DNA from: a bacterium
GTDB taxonomy: Bacteria; Patescibacteriota; Saccharimonadia; CAILAD01; GCA-016700035
NCBI GenBank assembly: GCA_020854115.1
Contig: JADZGC010000004.1
Location: forward strand, 65,665-129,664
Length of the DNA stretch: 64,000 bases
Direction of reading: 5' to 3'
In this document: piece by piece, positions 59,223-64,000 of the stretch
Position numbering within the stretch: the stretch's first letter is position 1
How the letters are laid out: each line of letters starts with the position of its first letter
Made by a program: the position numbers and the translations under genes
Notes under the pieces: model-generated
The model's database searches: none
What the model was told of the DNA's origin: nothing
What the model saw: the letters and a program-made list of their open reading frames with translations, nothing else

Positions 59223-62093
59223 ATGACTAAGAGAGAAATAAGTGCCGTAGCGCAAGCCGAGGAAGCACAACTCAAGCGCTGGGCGCAAGACAAGGTTTTT
59301 GAGCGATCAGTCGAACAGCGAGCTGGCCAGCCTACCTATGTTTTTTATGATGGCCCGCCGTTTGCTAATGGTCTACCGCATCTTGGACACATGATGACTT
59401 CGACTCTTAAGGATGCCATAATGCGCTATCAAACAATGCGCGGTAAGTATGCGCCGCGTCGATTTGGCTGGGACTGTCATGGGTTGCCACCGGAACTACT
59501 GGCCGAAAAAGAGCTTGGCATATCGGGTAAGATTGCAATTCAAGAATATGGTATCGAAAAGTTTGTGCAGTATTGCGCTGACTCCGTATTGCGGTTTACG
59601 GGGGAGTGGCATGAATACGTCGTAAGAGTTGGTCGATGGGTCGACTTCAAGCACGACTACCGAACCATGGATACAGACTACATGGAGTCTGTCATTTGGG
59701 CGTTTAAGCAGCTCCATGAAAAAGGCTTGGTGTATGAGGGGGAGCGCGTGGTGCCATATAGCTATGGCGCACAGACTGCCCTGAGTAATTCTGAGACTCG
59801 ACTTGATGATAGTATGCGCGATCGAGAAGACCTCACTGCAACCGTGAAGTTTCGACTGCATGATGGTCGCTATCTCCTCGGCTGGACAACGACCCCCTGG
59901 ACACTACCGGCAAATCTATTGCTCGCCGTAAACGAAAAAATGGATTACGTCGAGTATAAGCTAGGCGATGAAGTGCTCATCATCGGTCTTGAAGCGCTTG
60001 ATCGATATGCCGAGCAGCTATCGGGTGCTAGCGAACAAAAGCGCTTTAGGGGCACGGAGCTGGTTGGCCTGTCGTATGAGCCGTTGTTTACCTATTTTGT
60101 TGGTTCTGAGAATAGCTTCCAGGTGGTTGCAGGGGAGTTTGTAACGGAGGGCGAAGGTACGGGTGTGGTACATATTGCGCCAGGACATGGTGAAGATGAC
60201 TACTGGCTTGGTAAGCGGATCGGTACGCCGATTGTGAGCCCAGTCGATGATGATGGTCGATTTACGGCAGACGTCAAAGATTATGTAGGACGACTGGTGT
60301 TTGATGCGAATGGCGAGATAATAGCTGACCTTGAGAGGCAGCATAAATTATTTGTGAGTCAGACTATATTGCACAAATACCCCCATTGTTGGCGCACTGA
60401 CGTGCCAATCATCTACCGAGCATTGAGCGCATGGTTTGTGGATGTTCCTAAGATCAAGGATCAGTTACTGGAAGCTAATCGGCAAATCAACTGGTACCCA
60501 GCTCACGTTAAAGATGGTGCATTCGGCAAATGGCTTGAGAATGCTCGCGAATGGAATGTGAGTCGGAAGCGATTCTGGGGGGCTCCGATTCCTGTCTGGA
60601 AAACCGAAGACGGGGAAGTCTTGATTGTGGGAAGTCTCCAAGAAATCAAGGATCGCGCTGTCGACCCGGCGAAAGTGGTTGATTTGCACCGTCCCCATAT
60701 TGATCAAGTTGAATTGAAGACAGACTCAGGTAAAATAGCTCGTCGGGTTGAAGATGTGTTTGACTGCTGGTTTGAATCGGGTAGCATGCCATTTGCGCAG
60801 ATGCATTATCCCTTTGAAAACAAAGAACAATTTGAATCGGGGCATCCCAGCGACTTCATTACTGAATACATTGGTCAGACCCGTGGTTGGTTTTATACGC
60901 TGCATGTCATGAGCGTGGCGCTTTTTGGTAAGCCAGCCTTTAAGAATGCAATTGCTCATGGAATTCTGCTCGGTAGTGATGGCCGTAAGCTCAGTAAGCG
61001 TCTTGGGAATTATCCTGACAACAACGAGGTTTTCGACACGGCAGGTGCCGATGCTGTGCGCTATTATTTACTTGGTAGCGCTCTCGGTATTGGTGAGACA
61101 GCAATCTATGACCCCGCGGCACTCGTAGAGATTCAGCGTAATGTGATTGCACGGCTGAAAAACGTATTGGGCTTTTATACGATGTATGCTTCGGTTGATT
61201 CATTCGTGCCGAAAGCATATGCAGCTATCCCAAGCTCCGACCACGTACTTGATCGCTGGGTTCTGAGTCGCTTAAGCGAAACGGTAAACTTAGTTGCCGA
61301 ATCGGTTGATGGTTTTGATACACCTCGGGCGATGCGCGAGATAACAAACTTCCTAGATGACTTATCGAATTGGTATGTGCGACGCAGTCGTCGTCGTTTT
61401 TGGAAGTCTGGAGATGACAGCGATAAGCTAGCGGCATACGAGACACTGCATTTTGTGTTGGCTACCACTGCACAAGTCATTGCGCCATGGGCTCCGTTTG
61501 TAGCTGATGAAGTTTGGCAGGGCATTATGAGCGGTGTATCTGATGTCCCAGAATCAGTACATCTGAGTGACTGGCCAACTCTACCGGCGCCGCAAGAATC
61601 TTTGCTGAAATCTATGCAGCAACTTCGCGAGGTTGTCACAGAAGGTTTATCACAGCGCGCGCAGGCCGGCATCAAGGTTCGTCAACCGTTAGCAAAAGTT
61701 GAGATTACGGGAATGACATTAGGTGCTGATATGCGGGCGATTGTTTCCGAAGAGTTGAACGTGAAGAAAGTGGAGTGTCATAAAGGAGCATCGCTGAGCG
61801 TCGCTTTAGATCTCACCTTGACAGAAGAACTCAAGCAAGAAGGGCTCGTGCGAGACGTCATTCGTCAGATCCAAGAAGCGCGTAAGCAAGCTCAGCTCGC
61901 GGTAGATAATCGTATTCATTTGTCACTGCAGTCAGAGGATGCTCAAATGCGGGCTGCAATAAAGGCTTACAAAAAAGACATCCAAGCCGAAACGCTTGCT
62001 ACAAAGATTGATGATAGTAGCCGTTATGATTTTGTAACGAGCACAAAGCTGAATGGAGTCGAGCTGACTATTACATTGAAGCTAATGGATTAG
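59223..62093 (+). CDS. ileS: Isoleucyl-tRNA synthetase
   Basis: PPFANGLPHLGH (HIGH), GWDCHGLP, KLSKRLGN (KMSKS); 956 aa. Confidence 0.9.
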   Translation: MTKREISAVAQAEEAQLKRWAQDKVFERSVEQRAGQPTYVFYDGPPFANGLPHLGHMMTSTLKDAIMRYQTMRGKYAPRRFGWDCHGLPPELLAEKELGISGKIAIQEYGIEKFVQYCADSVLRFTGEWHEYVVRVGRWVDFKHDYRTMDTDYMESVIWAFKQLHEKGLVYEGERVVPYSYGAQTALSNSETRLDDSMRDREDLTATVKFRLHDGRYLLGWTTTPWTLPANLLLAVNEKMDYVEYKLGDEVLIIGLEALDRYAEQLSGASEQKRFRGTELVGLSYEPLFTYFVGSENSFQVVAGEFVTEGEGTGVVHIAPGHGEDDYWLGKRIGTPIVSPVDDDGRFTADVKDYVGRLVFDANGEIIADLERQHKLFVSQTILHKYPHCWRTDVPIIYRALSAWFVDVPKIKDQLLEANRQINWYPAHVKDGAFGKWLENAREWNVSRKRFWGAPIPVWKTEDGEVLIVGSLQEIKDRAVDPAKVVDLHRPHIDQVELKTDSGKIARRVEDVFDCWFESGSMPFAQMHYPFENKEQFESGHPSDFITEYIGQTRGWFYTLHVMSVALFGKPAFKNAIAHGILLGSDGRKLSKRLGNYPDNNEVFDTAGADAVRYYLLGSALGIGETAIYDPAALVEIQRNVIARLKNVLGFYTMYASVDSFVPKAYAAIPSSDHVLDRWVLSRLSETVNLVAESVDGFDTPRAMREITNFLDDLSNWYVRRSRRRFWKSGDDSDKLAAYETLHFVLATTAQVIAPWAPFVADEVWQGIMSGVSDVPESVHLSDWPTLPAPQESLLKSMQQLREVVTEGLSQRAQAGIKVRQPLAKVEITGMTLGADMRAIVSEELNVKKVECHKGASLSVALDLTLTEELKQEGLVRDVIRQIQEARKQAQLAVDNRIHLSLQSEDAQMRAAIKAYKKDIQAETLATKIDDSSRYDFVTSTKLNGVELTITLKLMD

Positions 62094-62100
62094 TTCTGAT

Positions 62101-63215
62101 ATGAAGAGGGAGGGGCTCAAGCGCATTGACTGGGTAATTGTCGCCACGAGCGTGCTCTTGGTGATTATTGGTTTATTGGTGCTATTCTCTTCTGGTATTA
62201 AGCCTGCAGAAACCACCGCCGAGATAGATACGACACGACAAATATTATATGCAGCCGTAGGTGTTGCTGTGGCTTTGATGCTCTTGCGGCTCGATTATCG
62301 TAGCTTGCGCAGCTACGTAGTGCCGATGTATATAGTTACGTTGATAGCTCTTGTTGCGGTTGAGTTTGTGGGTAAGTCGGCGCTAGGAGCTCAGCGTTGG
62401 ATCAATTTAGGATTTTTTCAGTTTCAGCCATCTGAGTTTTCTAAGTTAGCCTTCATAGTCGTTCTCGCAACATATTACAGTCGCGTGTATGGCGCGACGA
62501 AACAATTGCGTTATACGCTTACTTCATTATTTCTGCTCATTCCGCTTCTTATTCTAGTGATTGGGCAGCCTGACTTGGGAACTGGACTTGTGTTTTCGGT
62601 TATTTGGATTGCTATGACCATAGGCACGTTATTGCCTAAGCGGTATCTCGTGTTCGCCGGAAGTATAGGTGTTTTAGCATTGCCGATTATTTATCAGTTT
62701 CTTGCACCCTATCAAAAGAGTCGCTTGCAGGTTTTGCTTAACCCCCAGGCTGATCGCCTTGGTATTGGCTACAATGTCGTGCAGTCAGTTATAGCAGTAG
62801 GTAGTGGTGGTTGGTTTGGGCGTGGGTTGACGGCAGGGAGCCAGAGTCAGTTAAACTTTTTGCCGTCACAGCACACTGATTTTATCTTCGCGGTACTTGC
62901 AGAAAAGCTCGGCTTTGTTGGCGCTGCGCTAACGATAATCCTATTCTGTATATTGATAACACGCATTTTTCTGGTCGGGCTACAAAGCAATGATCGGCTT
63001 GGTTCGTTCTTGTGTATCGGGATCGGCGGTATGCTACTGTTTCACGTTCTCATTAATATTGGTATGAATATGGGAATTATGCCTGTCACGGGCATACCTC
63101 TGCCATTCATCTCGGCGGGGGGAACGAGCATGCTCATTAATTGTGCGGCGATTGGAGTTGTTTTGAGCGTGTCCTCTCGTCGTACGGGGGTGCGCCACAT
63201 CAAGGATGCGGAATC

Positions 63216-63219
<4 letters not shown>
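62101..63219 (+). CDS. SEDS-family peptidoglycan glycosyltransferase (RodA/FtsW)
   Basis: 10-TM pattern; FQPSEFSKLAFIVVLA, conserved SEDS blocks. Confidence 0.85.

Positions 63220-64000
<781 letters not shown>

Overview
This 64-kb chromosomal window is mostly housekeeping genes, with mobile elements, an unusual rRNA arrangement and several accessory genes. The genome is ~48-50% GC, uses the standard code (TGA is a stop, e.g. pheS ends in TGA) and has a Gram-positive-type envelope (LPXTG-like sorting signals). The short S1 and IF-2, pilin-like and secreted-nuclease genes and unlinked rRNAs suggest a reduced-genome lineage such as CPR/Saccharibacteria. That placement is inference only. Gene order: trpS (5'-partial) - a ~490-nt promoter/terminator-bounded non-coding interval - membrane protein - pheS - pheT - L,D-transpeptidase - acidic ORF - VirD4/TraG-like membrane ATPase - LPXTG/PKD surface protein - K/E-rich membrane protein - IS3 element - gyrB - gyrA - two small genes - 16S rRNA. 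The 16S unit has its own promoter, processing stem and terminator. An ~8-kb accessory insertion follows: small membrane gene, IS481-family IS with a 6-bp duplication, a high-GC foreign ORF bracketed by 26-bp perfect inverted repeats, antisense tRNA-Ile/tRNA-Ala, PrsW-like protease, P/A/Q-rich membrane protein, NOX/ferric-reductase-like protein, dienelactone hydrolase and uppS. Then: 23S (with a ~260-nt domain-I expansion) - 5S - IS1595 transposase pseudogene - KGG stress protein - ImmA/IrrE peptidase - ROK kinase - small sorting-signal protein - rpsA - ylxR - infB - rbfA - REC - fmt/def - priA - secD/secF - Zn-ribbon/pilin-like protein - wHTH - recJ - rel - rpsU - yqeY - ybeY - dgkA - adk - map - ftsA - ftsZ - nrdR - small ORF - ileS - rodA/ftsW - SNase - trxB (partial). 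The most striking observation is a catalytically intact NlpC/P60 cysteine-hydrolase domain embedded in the B5 region of the PheRS beta subunit. Next is the broken rRNA operon carrying an apparently host-derived (high-GC) gene cassette.
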